Shown: positions 12,279 to 25,162 of the stretch, one piece after another
How positions within the stretch are numbered: position 1 is the stretch's first letter
Layout: each line of letters starts with the position of its first letter
Assembly: GCA_052426225.1 (NCBI GenBank)
Contig: JBNJNM010000021.1
Location: forward strand, 496,001-560,000
Length of the DNA: 64,000 bases
Direction of reading: 5' to 3'
Source: Zancudomyces culisetae HAW-14-8
Lineage: Eukaryota; Fungi; Kickxellomycota
Translations under genes and position numbers: made by a program
The notes under the pieces: generated by a model
Seen by the model: only the letters and a program-made list of their open reading frames with translations
Database searches by the model: none
What the model was told of the DNA's origin: nothing

Positions 12279-15200
12279 AGTATGTATGTAATTTAGTTGA
12301 CGGCCCTTGTCCTGTATTTTTATCTGAGGAATTTCTTACCATTAGAAAAGTTTGTTGCATACACCGCGATTGTGGTTGTTGCTACTATTCTATGTGATGC
12401 TCTTCAGAGTACCACACTATCTGTTTATCTATTATATTTATTAGTAAGCCTGTCCGTAGCTTCAACTTTTATACATTGATTAGCGTTATACATTAAATAT
12501 CACTTATTCATCCTCTCAATGGTTTGTACAACCTAATCCTAGTATCTAAAAAAAATGCTTTTCTAGTTTGCGCTTCATTAGTAACTCGTTGCTGATTGAC
12601 AAAAAACACAATTTGCTTGTAATGTGTAGAGATGTATGCTTATTTAACTCGGGGTTACAAATAATTTGAAGCGTATAAACATAGACCTGGTTGTAAACTT
12701 GAGTCTGGAAACCTCTACACGGAGAGGGGGAGGTTCAAGAGAACAGGGGAAAGGTTTTTTGTTTATTTGTTCAGATGGATGTAAAAAGTTGGCGTATAGT
12801 AGTGTATTCAAAGGTTGTTTCTCAAAAAGAAATCATTTACCAAGTCAAAGTAAACTTGAGTTGTTGTCTCAACCTCACTGCTTCAAGTCTTCATGCTCAA
12901 GTATCTCCAAAGTAAAGCACAACACATTACAACGCGTAGTAACATACAATAACACATAATAGTTACTTGTGTTGTACATAATCTGCTATGCATTGTACTA
13001 GTGTGTTGTATATACAACTACTGTTTATATAACATCGCTAAAACTTACGTCATCATGTCACAAGATTTCATTATTCGTTCACTGAGCTAGTCAAGTAACA
13101 TGATACAAATATTTTTTTGCGCTCTTTTGTTTCAGTTGCAAATAATCTTGTATTCGTGAGACACGAATGCATCTAATAACAACTATATGTTACAGCATTT
13201 GCTAATCTGCAAAATTAAAGCGGTTGTTGTGCTTTTTCACATCTACATAGATATTATGTGTACTTTGCGAATTAAAATATAAACTGGCTGAGTCATTTAC
13301 CTTGAATAATTTATTAAATGTTTAAAAATGTCATAGTTTTTTCTGGTAAAAACGACACATCACATAATAACATTACACAGGATTCTATTACTCATGAAGA
13401 GAAAAGCCGCAAGATGCGCAAAAAGACAACTAAATGTGTACTGGTTGGCTAATAGCTATCCTAGTTGACAATATGTGAAAGCAAAAATAATAACTAAATA
13501 TAAACCGCTATCTCCAATTCGTGTAAAACTGGGAAAGATGTCTACAAAAAAATTACGCAGGCCCAGCTCATCACTATACCATTACACCATTCGGAAAAAA
13601 AAGAGAATGTTTTTCCCATTTTAAAAAGATCCCAATACTTTTTACAAATGTTAAAGCAGTCGAAAACAAGCATTGTAGTGCTAGAACACCTGATTATTTA
13701 GAGTATGGGCTGAGATGGGATACCCACGCCACCACATTATCACCTGTGCATTAAATATATTGTAATTACCTTTACTGAACTTCAAAATACACAACATACA
13801 GGAATCAAAGTTCCAAAAAAAAGAAAAAAATATGCAAAGATTAGGGGGGCTGCTTTCAACAGTCTGAATCTTTTTATGCTCCCCTTTAATCAATACCCAC
13901 CCCTGTCGCATGGATATCACACAATAATTGTGTTATAGCTTGGTATACATTCTAATACCTCATATATGGACATCGTTTTATTTTCAAAACAAGAGTACAA
14001 CCTCTCTCGCCTTTAGACTAAGTGTATGATATTCCAAGCAAACATATGTAAAGTTCATAACAAGCCATAGGCGTTTTTTTTTGGCCTAAAAACCCGGAAG
14101 CGGTGAGATAATTTGATGTTGGTAATGGATGTATATTAAAGGCTTGTAGCTGCTACATTAATTTAAAGTGCTAAAAAAACCAGTTGGTTTTAGCTTTAGC
14201 ACCAGTAAATCCGGTATATGTAACACGTAAAATTATATTTATAATCTGGATTCTAGTCTTTTTTCCATTATGATGTCATCACCTTAAAATCGTGGAAATG
14301 ACATTCATCTTTTACAAAAAAACAAAATTAGCTTTGCAAATCTGAGAAACGTAATTAGATAAGGACGTCCTAAGAATAGAACCGGCAGGATGAATACCCA
14401 TATACTAAGCACCGAATCCGGATATTAAGGCTAAATGTTTGCTTTATTTTCCCTACTACACACATCTCGCCTAAGAATGCGTTTCACAATTGCCTACCAT
14501 TTAAAAGTGAGACTAAAATTTGTAATTGGTAAGAAATATCCACCTTACAGGCAAAAGAAAAAAAAGCTGTCAAAGCCGCATACGTATGCAAGCCAGATTT
14601 TATATCCTGAGATATACATCTCTACCTACGAGTAATCCAAAAACGCACGTTTATATCAACAGCAAAAATAGCATTTATTGTTGTAGATTACCATGTTTTA
14701 TAATAAATACGGTTCTAGCCCATTACATACATCAGATATACATCATCCAGAGCACCTTTGCATTCCCCCAAAAAAAGAAATAGAGTAAAGAGCTTGAACT
14801 AAAAGTGGTTTTTAGTAACTAGCAAGTTAAAAAAAGTTCAGTTAATTGGACATTCGACCACTATACTCGACGTAACGGGTTTAATAGGTATGTTTGTATG
14901 GTGTTGAATGAAAGGTTATCGAATGCCACCTATGCTTGCAACACCAAAGATGCAACAAAGTGTGTTAGTTTGTGCACTGAATACGTCACCATGTGAAAAT
15001 AGAGCAGGTTTTAGAATTGCTATAAGCTACAAAGAAGCCGTAATGGCTTCAAAAATCATATCCCGACAAAATTTTGGTGCGCACTAAGTTCTATTTTAAC
15101 ACACAACCCCGCCCCGTGTTAGACATTAGCAGCTATATACAATCATCACTACCAGCAATCATAGAGAAACCACAAAGAGAGTTTTTATAGGTACCCAAAA

Positions 15201-15355
15201 ACAGCAAATTTATGGATACACAGGGTTGCCTATTAAGCTTTCATACTAAAAAAAATTTTTTTAAAGAAAAAGAATGCTGTGTCTTTTTTTTGCATCGAGG
15301 TGATATAGACGGAAATAAACATAGAAAGCATGAATCATTTAGCTAAAAATTCTAA

Positions 15356-16320
15356 TCAGAAGCGACTCTTATGTCTATTGAAACGCAAAACGCCACCTCT
15401 CCTATGATTGCCACCAAAGTATGTGGGCTCTTTTTTGGGAGGAGCAGTACTTTTAGCCTTTGCAAGAGCCTTCGCTTTCCTCCTCAGTTTTTTTTTCAAG
15501 CGCTTTTTTGATACTTTCTTTGGCTCCTCACCCAGAACATATCCCTCACTATTTACATGTATTACTTTTCCTGGAAAGAAACATCTTGGCTATTTTTTAG
15601 AGCACATAGTTAATAAAATTAAAAACTACCACAGAGCATACAAGTTAGGAAAAAAAAAGCAAAAACAACTACAAACTTGAAGCTAAGTTAATGGTGCATG
15701 GTCTTACCCAGGGTACAGTTGATTGTTTTAGTATTTCATCATATCCAATCGCACATTTATTTAAATTACTACTGAATTCAGAGCTATTGTATGTCACACA
15801 GGTTATGTTGATATTTTAAAAAAGACAATGTTGAAATTTTAGATGCAGCACTTACCTTTCTATTTGTTCAAATTTAGAATCATCATATTTTACATCAAAC
15901 GACTGAGTTTTTGTAGTGCTTGCAATGATAGAGGGCCCAGAACCAGAAAAGAGTTGAAATTCGTCTATGTTAAACAGAAAAAGCATGAAATTCGGGAATT
16001 AATAAGCACAAAATTATATCCTTACAATACTCTGCAGTTCCATCGTCATTTTTATCCTCCTGTCGCTCGGAATTTATATTTTTGCCTTCAGAGTTGTTCG
16101 TTGCTATTATATCAATTTGGATTAAGTTTGATTTTGATTTATATTAACTTTATGCGTATAGAGATATATTTTACTTACGTTTAAATTCCAATGAATCTTG
16201 TAGCATATTTTCAAAAAGTTTTAGGTTATTTTTATACTCCTCGTCCTGGACAGCACTCTTTTGTGTCTCAACAGAAAAAAGTTTAGTTCTGTTCGATTCC
16301 TTCCGATTTTCTTTCATCAT
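15356..16320 (-). CDS. DUF2011-like fungal protein, 5 exons, missed by the ORF track
   Basis: Spliced in-frame product MMKENRKES...YEFQLFSGSG...CAIGYDEILKQSTVPW/PRCFFPGKVIHV...KKRLKKKLRRKAK...RHKSRF*. It has gtaag donors and tag acceptors. The EFxLFS, PWP and basic-tail pattern matches DUF2011 as I recall it. Confidence 0.7.
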
Positions 16321-16814
16321 TATATCTCAATCTGTGGGTGAGGGGGCTGCTTATGGTTTATACTTATGTGTTGATCCTTTTGGGAAAATCACCCACTCAA
16401 ATCAAGAGTACTATAGTGCCACAAAAACAAAAAACAATTATATGCCTCTCAGCGCGAATACTAGCATTTATAAAGCTAATTAAATATTTGTATTATCGAT
16501 TTATATAGATCGTAGAGGTTTGAACAAAATTCTATATTTTTCGCGCTTTACTACATCAAAATACTGAGTGGTCTAAATGGTGAGCTTGATTTGCTTTTTA
16601 TGTTGGGTTTTCGCAGAGTTACTTGGAAATGGGTACCTATTTTATTTTAGAGCTTCATTTTAGATTGCTAATAAAAATATGAAAATTTTTTTTCAAAGTA
16701 ACCACCACCAAAAAATTCAAAAAATGAACGCAATCGCTCATTAGCCCTAGTTGTTTCTTTTCCCCAAAGTGTGCATCCTGATATATAAAATGAAAAACTT
16801 CAAGACGCGAGTAA

Positions 16815-18188
16815 ATGAACCATAGAATAGTCAAAAGTAGCGTTTATTGTTTATACAAACACTTTAGGACATATACTTCAATAATGATGAAAAACACTGA
16901 AATCCTGGATGCTACAAAGGACTGCATTGCGATTCAAGGAATAGATCGTCCAGACTATCAGTTGAACGGTTCAGCCCTTGAAAGCACAAATCAAGTCCCT
17001 GGGTGGTTGGTATCTGCAAAAAATGAGCTTATAAACAATAGAGAAACAATAGCGCTACCAACAGAAACAGTATATGGCTTGGCGGCAAATGCAAAAGATT
17101 CTACTGCTGTGGATAAGATTTTCAAGGCGAAAAATAGGCCCGCAGACAACCCATTGATCGTACACATTTCCTCGCTCAAAATGTTAAAGCAGTTGTATAC
17201 AACGCAAGAACTGGAGGAATTTGGATTGCAAGAACACGGTGTTCCAAAAAAATACTTACCCTTAATCAAAAGATTTTGGCCGGGGCCATTGACCATCTTG
17301 GTTCCAAAACCAGCAAGTATCCCACTGAATGTGTTGGGTAACAACATAAAAAATAGTACACTTGCAGTGAGAATGCCAGATAACAATATTACAAGACTAA
17401 TAATTGAATATTCCGGCGTGCCAATTGCAGCGCCAAGTGCTAACTCTAGTGGGAAACCCTCACCGACTTCAGCCATTCATGTATACAATGACCTATTGGG
17501 GAAAACACCAGTTATTATTGACGGTGGAAAATGCGGATTTGGGCTAGAAAGTACCGTCGTTGATGGGATAAGCGGTGAAGATTTTGTTCTGCTAAGACCT
17601 GGTGGCATTACAGCGGAACAGATAACCGACGTGTTGGTCGATGGTAAAAAATTATGCGTCTATGGCAAGGGATATAGCGACAAAAATGCCGAGCTGCACC
17701 CTACTACACCTGGAATGAAATACAAGCATTATAGCCCATTGGCGCAGGTCATATTATTTGTTCCTGAATCGGAAAGGTATGATAACCATAAAATTTATAC
17801 AAAAATAGCCTCAGAGATTAACGGGCATGGAAAGGGTAATTTCGGGGTAGTTAGAATCTTAAATGACACGAATAGAGTTTATGATAATGCGTGGTTTGAA
17901 AACACCGTTTCACGTAAATTGAATATACACAATATCAAAGTGTGTGATCAAGTTGATCTGTCTAATGTAGCCATTCTGCCCGATACCTTCTCGTCGGATC
18001 ATGATCAAATGTTTATCTGTAATATTACTTCTATGAAATCCTTTGCCATAAACCTCTTTGGTTTGCTTAGGCTTATGGACGACCTTAAAGTCGCATTAGT
18101 ATTTGTGATTGGGGTTGAGGAGAGTAATGAAGGATTGGCCATTATGAACCGACTTAAGAAGGCATCTTGTAAGCAATATCCCATTTAG
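16815..18188 (+). CDS. SUA5: Threonylcarbamoyl-AMP synthase Sua5 (t6A tRNA modification)
   Basis: PTETVYGL, KNRPADNPLIVH, FWPGPLT, APSANSSGKPSPT and PGMKYKHYSP motifs. Confidence 0.97.
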   Translation: MNHRIVKSSVYCLYKHFRTYTSIMMKNTEILDATKDCIAIQGIDRPDYQLNGSALESTNQVPGWLVSAKNELINNRETIALPTETVYGLAANAKDSTAVDKIFKAKNRPADNPLIVHISSLKMLKQLYTTQELEEFGLQEHGVPKKYLPLIKRFWPGPLTILVPKPASIPLNVLGNNIKNSTLAVRMPDNNITRLIIEYSGVPIAAPSANSSGKPSPTSAIHVYNDLLGKTPVIIDGGKCGFGLESTVVDGISGEDFVLLRPGGITAEQITDVLVDGKKLCVYGKGYSDKNAELHPTTPGMKYKHYSPLAQVILFVPESERYDNHKIYTKIASEINGHGKGNFGVVRILNDTNRVYDNAWFENTVSRKLNIHNIKVCDQVDLSNVAILPDTFSSDHDQMFICNITSMKSFAINLFGLLRLMDDLKVALVFVIGVEESNEGLAIMNRLKKASCKQYPI

Positions 18189-18701
18189 ATTTTTACTTTT
18201 AGTTTTACTTGCCCAGTTTCGGGGTAGACGCTTTCAAAATAAACAAATATTTATGGTTATAGCTTAGTCTACCCATCCCCCAATTTATCAATTTTTGATG
18301 GAATAACTGTGATTTCATATTAGTTTTCTGGCTAGTTTCGTTCCAGCATTGTACCTCACTCAGAAATAACAGTATATTTATTAAAATTCCACAACAAATA
18401 AATGGTTTAAATGTGTTAGTAAACTGGCCCAAGGTCAACATGGTACAAGGGCTCCAATTATAAAAGCGAATGCAACTGGTACTTTGGAGTCATAACTAAA
18501 AAAAATTAGCTCGTAATATTATTATAGTGTTGCTTTCCAAGCTAGGAATAAAGTCTAAATGCCTAGAAAAGCAAAGCAAAATGAGTAGTAAAATATACGT
18601 AATTAACAGGAATTTATGAGAAAAAGCCAAGACAATAGAAATCTATGTTTGAAGTCACAAGAAATCTTGCTAGTGCCATTAACCGCAAACATATTTCACA
18701 T

Positions 18702-20039
18702 TCACAAGTTTATTGGTGCGTCTGGAAGAAGGACAGGCATTCCATCATCAAATTTCTTTGCAAAAAGCTTGGGTACGAACTCTTCACCTGTCTCTTTGCG
18801 TGTCGCAGCAAGTTTTCGCTGGTGCTCTTCAATTTTAGTTTTAAACTTTGTTGCTGCTGAATAGTCCTTTTCTAACATTTTGCTAATTACATCACCCCAA
18901 ACTCTTCTTGACTCGATTTCTCCCTGCTCCTCAATGGGTTTAACGATTTTGGGCGTAGGAACGATTGAGCTCATATCAACCAACAGCACCTTTTTTTTTG
19001 TGGACAACCGAGTAACAAAACATTTTTTTGACCAATTTCCTTCAATAGTCGCCAAAACAACACCGTTCTGCGTAGCTTCTTTTACAGACCAGTTATCAAT
19101 TCGATCGTTAATAGGGTCACATGAAACGACCACGCCGTTTAGTACATCGTTGGTCATCCCAAACCAGTTTTTTGAAGATACTTCTACGATGGCGGCAAGA
19201 CCGGTGGCTTTACACTTAATCACAAATTTCCCAACGCAGTTGACCTTTATGCTCCCAGTCAGCCATCCTGATATGGCGGCATTCGAATGCTTACACTCAT
19301 AAAGCTCATCATTCCGGGAGAAAAGAGTAAGAAATATACCCTTTGCCCATGTTCCGGGCGAAATAGTAACGGATAGTCCAGTAAACTTGGCTGCAAGATG
19401 ATCAAATCCAACTGCCTGCATCTTCTTCTTTTGACAACGATACATGAATGCCGAAACTGGGGGGTGATGTGATACTTGCTCAGTGATATACTCTATAATG
19501 GGCTTATCGGTATCCTCTTCGCTAACGTTCCCTACTTTGGTTGGTAGCATTTTTTTATTAGTTGCTTCGTTGCTGTCATCGTCACCATTGCTCAGTACGT
19601 CGTTCCCTAGCAGGTCCTTCTCAATGTCTCTCTCCACAACCCACTTACAGAAAAACTGTTCCCCCAAAACTGAATTAAATGGCTTTAGTATCTTATACTT
19701 AGTAAACTTTAGGTCCTTGGCTATCCACCAACGAACTGTGGATATCATCCTTTCAAGTGGGTCGTCGCTATCTGGTATGCAGGTAAAGAATTCAGGTGCG
19801 TCCACATATCCCCAGTATTCAAGGTTGGAAATGGGATCTAGTATCTGAGTTGGAAGCGATACTCGCAGGTTTAGCAGATCCTTCACACCAATAAACTTTC
19901 TCATTATCCCCAAGAGGGTAAAAATCCTGCTGCTGTCATTTGAAGTTGACGACTTTTTCGGGTTCTGTTCTTCAAGCTCGTGCTCAATAATCATACCAAA
20001 CTCGTCATCCTTTCCAAATTCCTTAGCTTCGGCTTTCAT
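18702..20039 (-). CDS. Oxysterol-binding protein family (ORD-only Osh/ORP)
   Basis: EQVSHHPPVSAF signature, KPFNSVLGEQF, and KxxIEExQR. Confidence 0.93.
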   Translation of the reverse strand: MKAEAKEFGKDDEFGMIIEHELEEQNPKKSSTSNDSSRIFTLLGIMRKFIGVKDLLNLRVSLPTQILDPISNLEYWGYVDAPEFFTCIPDSDDPLERMISTVRWWIAKDLKFTKYKILKPFNSVLGEQFFCKWVVERDIEKDLLGNDVLSNGDDDSNEATNKKMLPTKVGNVSEEDTDKPIIEYITEQVSHHPPVSAFMYRCQKKKMQAVGFDHLAAKFTGLSVTISPGTWAKGIFLTLFSRNDELYECKHSNAAISGWLTGSIKVNCVGKFVIKCKATGLAAIVEVSSKNWFGMTNDVLNGVVVSCDPINDRIDNWSVKEATQNGVVLATIEGNWSKKCFVTRLSTKKKVLLVDMSSIVPTPKIVKPIEEQGEIESRRVWGDVISKMLEKDYSAATKFKTKIEEHQRKLAATRKETGEEFVPKLFAKKFDDGMPVLLPDAPINL

Positions 20040-21750
20040 TTTAGCTTGTGTTTAATTCTTGTGTAGTTTCGAATTTATTCTTTCTTTTTATTTGAAAACT
20101 AAACTGAAAAAAAAAAGATAAAGAAAACGCCCGTAAAACTGGAAATTATTTCTTTAAGAGAGTTGTAGGTGTTCTGTGTCCGTTCCTGGCCTTGAGAGAG
20201 AAAAAGCACCAAATTTTATATATATTTGAGTGTTACTCCTGTTTATGAAAATGATACTAAAAAATGCTGAAAATTTAAAAACTATCGCATTGGTTTATAT
20301 ACATTCTCACAAACTTTGGAATTATATTTTTATGGAATTTGGAACATCTATGATTAGTCTGGCCAGGTGTAAAGCCCAGTTATATGTGTGCTAAAACAGG
20401 TTTGTAACCAAGAAATACTCCCTTGGCTGAATGAATTGTTTTTACATAATCTAGAACTATTTAGATAATTGACTGCAAATAGGTTATTGACATCATAATT
20501 ATCGCCATTTTTTTCTAATCATGTTCATCCAATTTATTGCAAATAGTATTAGATTTAAAAAAATAAGGGGAAGTGAACCAATTAAACACGATTAGGTGAC
20601 TTTCTTATTAAAAAAAAGCGCAAGCCGAAAAAGTAAGAGCGAAGAAGAGGTGGGGTAGCGAGCATACGCTTATGTCAGTTTTGCTGTACCAAGAATTTTG
20701 TAATGTGGCACATGTAGGTGGCCAAAATCTAAATAAAGAAAAGAATTGAGGGGAGGAGAGGGGAGAGAGGTTCTTTGTCACCGAAAACGTTTTCTGAAGG
20801 CGAAGCCCATCACTAAAACCACCCACCCTGCTGCCGAAAAAATACCCACGTTTAGTTGGAAAAAAACTAAAATCCAGAATGGTTAATTGCTTGGAATTCT
20901 GTGGGTAGCAAGTTCAGGTGTTCCTATTGCTGGTATAAGCTGGTGGTTCTCAACCCCGTTTTTTGCGATGGAAAATTTTTATAATTTGTGTTGAAGCTAT
21001 TCTGAAAGTGTTTAAAAAGGTTAGAAAAGATGATGAAAAAATATATATTGAAGGGGGAAGGGGTGGTGTGGAAGAAAGAGTACTTAACGATTACTCAATA
21101 GTGCTTTGATGAAATCAAATAATGTAGCTCAAAGTTGAATACACATGCATACTGCCACCTAGATGCTGGCTGGTGCTTGTGCTCTACATTTTGTAAAATA
21201 GTTGTTTAGATGTGCGAGGATACTTTTTGTGATTTCCTGCAAATCTGTTGGCATTCAGTTTGTTGAACCGTTCTACAACTTGGCCAGCTATTTAATCCTG
21301 CGGTTACAAGAGGTACTATGGCTTTTGACTAAATGCTAGTGTTGTTCAGGTTATAGTGCCTATAATCTAAACATGGCGGCAAAATAAACATAGAGAAGGG
21401 TATGAGTTTTGGGAGTTTAATGCTTTGTTGTGTTTGATTCAATGTTTTTAAGTGCCAAGCTCTGCAATAATTTCTAACGAATTAGATAATAGGGAAGAAG
21501 GTGCAAATGAGCAAGATAAAAATACAAATTTGATTATTGGCTTAATGTTCATTCACGCATATACCCAAGTAATAAAAGAGAATCATAGAAGTATATGTTA
21601 TAGGGGAGGATAAACTGAACTATAACACCCACACAAGAAGGAACAAACATGTTAAATAGGAACACACATGAAGTATTTTATCTACAAATATCAAAAGTAT
21701 GATAGAACCAAGAGGATATACTGGAAAATACCAAAGGATTAGTATACAAA

Positions 21751-24700
21751 ATGAACAAACTAACAGACGAAACGCAAGCTTGCTTTAGGGCAGGAGTTAG
21801 GCTACCAAGTATTGTTGAAATTGTTGATGAGCTCATAGAAAACTGTTAGTAATAATACCCCAAATTCAATATATGTATGTTTAATAAAAGGTAGTTGAGA
21901 GAAACGGATTTCTAACAGGACATGGATTGATTTTTATTTTTTTTAGCAATAAATGCTCGCGCACGAAAAATAAGAGTTATCATTGATTTCAGTAGAGTGG
22001 TCCTCACAGTGATAGATGATGGTGTTGGAATAGAATACAAGAGACTTTTTGATTTTGAGCAAGGTAAAATTATACATGCTTTTATACCCGAGTTATTCAT
22101 GTATAAAACAAACAAATTTACCAAATCAGTAGAATGCAAACCAGTGCTGGCGCCGGAGAATTGTAGCTCTGGATTCTCTGGGAATCAGATTTGTAAAGAA
22201 GGTAGAGTGTGACATTAGTTTTAGGAATGCACTTAATAATACCTCTGCACAGATAATGTTAAGATGACATAGCTTTTAATTTACAGGGTTGAGTAACATT
22301 TTGATGGCTGGAGCAGTATCACTAACATCAAAGGCAGCGGAAAGTTCTACAGCGTTTGTTAAAATTCTAAATGTAAATACAAGTTTAAAAACTAATATAA
22401 AAAAAACTACATTCAAGAATCAAACGAATAAAAAAATGGTATAGCGTGAAGCAGATACGGAAAGTGAAATTCGAGAACCAGAAGCAACGGGATTCGAGTA
22501 TGAAAGCGGAACCAAAATAACATTTTTTAACTGGTTTGATAAGGTAAAGAGCGAAATTCTAGTTTACAGACATAGTAGGTTGTTCAACGACTCCATCATT
22601 ATATTTTGAAAAATAAAATAGTTTCCGGTGCGCAGAAAACAGCTTTTGGATATGCAAAAGTGCGAACAACTAAGAATTAAAAAGAGGATACAAGAGTATG
22701 CGCTCTTAAATCCGTCAATAGAGTTTTATTTTTTTAACATAGAAATTGAGAGGGCATTGCTGGCATTGAACGGCCCAGTAAATATTATACAGCGGATTGG
22801 ACAAGTCTACAGCGAGGCAGTAGCAAAAGTACGTTGCTATTTCTACCAGTATATCGTGTAATTATAAAATACTGTATGGAGGCCATTTTATTGGATTTAT
22901 TGATGATAACTTAGGACATGGAGTATGTATATATGGAGTATGACGGTTATGTTGTTAACGGATGCCTTAGTGTTAAGAGCTTTGTATCAAACGTAATTAA
23001 TAATTTCCTCTACTTGCACAGATACACTATATTTGAGGATTAAATTATATATTTACACTTGATTCTGAAAATCTAATCGAATAGTTTGCCTGTGTTGGTA
23101 AGTACTGTTTTATATATTGTATACACAAATATCGCGAGAACTATTATCTACCTTCTACACTAAACTAGCCGTGAACAATAAAGTCGTTTCTCCTGCATTT
23201 TTTAAAAATCTGATAAACCAACTGGTACTGGAGTCCAACTATGGAAAGGTAAAATAAAAATAGTCTCTGGAATAAAAACCTATGTGGCCCGAAAAATACA
23301 GTATAATTGAAAAAACATTGTGCTCATATTTACATTAGACTGGTCATGTACCAAAATTAAGTCCCTCAAACTCTAAGAATCGATTATCAATTTCGGAAGA
23401 AATAGGTATGCTAACGCAAAGATTTAATATGTTTACACAAGTTTTCTATTCTAAAAGCGTGGAGTATTACTTAGATACCTCACATTTTGTCAACAAACGG
23501 CGTAGGAATGAAATTTCCTTTGTACTTTTCATTGAATGTGCAAGCAACGAATGTACAACAGTATATGACCCGCTGAAGCAAGTGATAGAATTTAAAAACA
23601 GAGATGTTGTTCAAAGATTGCTCAGTCTAATGATAATCAAGTTCTTGAAGAGACACGATTGGATAAGTTTAGCTCAAATGCAAGCATTGATAACAAATTT
23701 TTGTAAAAAAAAGAGAGAAAAAGCACATAGAACCGAAAAGCCTATCAAAAACAATAACATCCCGCTTCATGATATTATATTGGAGCCAAACAACTTAACC
23801 ATGCCCAACTTTTTGAAAAATACTAACCGTCCAGATAAAACAAAATGTATACAGAGTCGAGTAGAACACCACAGTGTCTCCAGTGCACCATTTTCGAAGG
23901 TTCCAAATCAGAGGATGATGAGTACCACATGTAACTTGAAGGTAGAGGATATCTGGAAAGAGCTAGCGCAAAATAATACATTTGGATCTATAAGCGGATC
24001 CAACTATAAGATTCCTTTGCATGATTTTTGCATTGAAATACCCAAATCTCTATCTGATCTATCAGAGAAACACTTAAAGATATCTCCAGATGATTTGGAG
24101 TTTTCTAGCGTTGTTGGGCAGCTAGATAAAAAATTTATCATTTGCTCACTAAATACGAAAGCAGATAATGTCGACGATGTGATGTTGTTAGCAATAGACC
24201 AACACGCTGCAGATGAGAGAATAAGGCTCGAGGACCTTTTTGAGGATTTGTATTTTGTTGTGCTATCCATAGCCAAACATCGCTATCATTCAACAAAAAA
24301 AGATTTGAAAGGCAAGAATAATGGTGTTCATTTTATAGAGCGCGCCGATGGTGTATTAAGGGTAGATCAGGGTCTTGAAATTTTACTCGAACCGAGTATC
24401 GCACAGATTGTGTTAATGCATCTTGACGATCTGGTATCTTGGGGGTTTCATTTAAATGCTATAGAGTTTGAAGCGGCTATTACCTCCCAAAACTGTACAG
24501 CAACAAGGTTTAGATTGTGTCATATCCCGGCGTTTATAAGCGCCAGGATTTTGAAAAGCAGTAAAGTCATATCGCACTTAATTGTATCAATGTGTACTTG
24601 GTTTGAATCAGCGCCCTTAAAAAAGCTGTTTTTACCTCAATCTTCAGCGTATCGGGATGAACCGAATGTCATGTTATCTTCAATAGACTATTTGCCCTTT

Positions 24701-25162
24701 GTTATATCCAATGATGGAGCCAGAAAACCCTGGATGGATATGGTTTGTAGCTGCCCACCTCCACTAATATATCTCCTCGAATCTGTAGCATGCAGGTGTA
24801 AGTATTGATTTTATTCGTTTAATTCCACTTTAAATACCGACCAAAACTCATATTAAAAGCATTTATATACTTATTTCTTATAGCTGCAATCAAATTTAAT
24901 GATGAGCTATCGATAAACGAGTGCAAAATTCTTTTAAAAAAGCTGTCCAGCTGTTATTATTCATTTTATTGTGCTCATGGGAGGTAGGTTGTGTATATAT
25001 TAGTCGGTTCGATCTATATTTGGTTTATCTCTAATACACATGGCTTAACATAGACCTTCTGCAGTACCATTGCTAAAGTTAAAGAAAGAATGTAACCCAC
25101 CAACAAAATACCCCTTGCCAAGATGGAGGTATGCGAAAAATCTCTTATGTGAACCGCGTTAG
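21751..25162 (+). CDS. MLH3: MutL homologue Mlh3, about 13 exons including a 13-nt micro-exon (23085-23097)
   Basis: ELIENS, DDGVGI and GTKITFFNWFDKFPVRRK in the N-terminus. GQLDKKFI, DQHAADERIRLE, ACR and CAHGRP in the C-terminus. No FERC tail. Confidence 0.92.

Noticed and set aside
15034-15050. GAAGCCGTAATGGCTTC hairpin resembling the 5' end of fungal SRP RNA (GCUGUAAUGGC)
   Set aside because: No helix 6/8 motifs or long GC-rich stem downstream.
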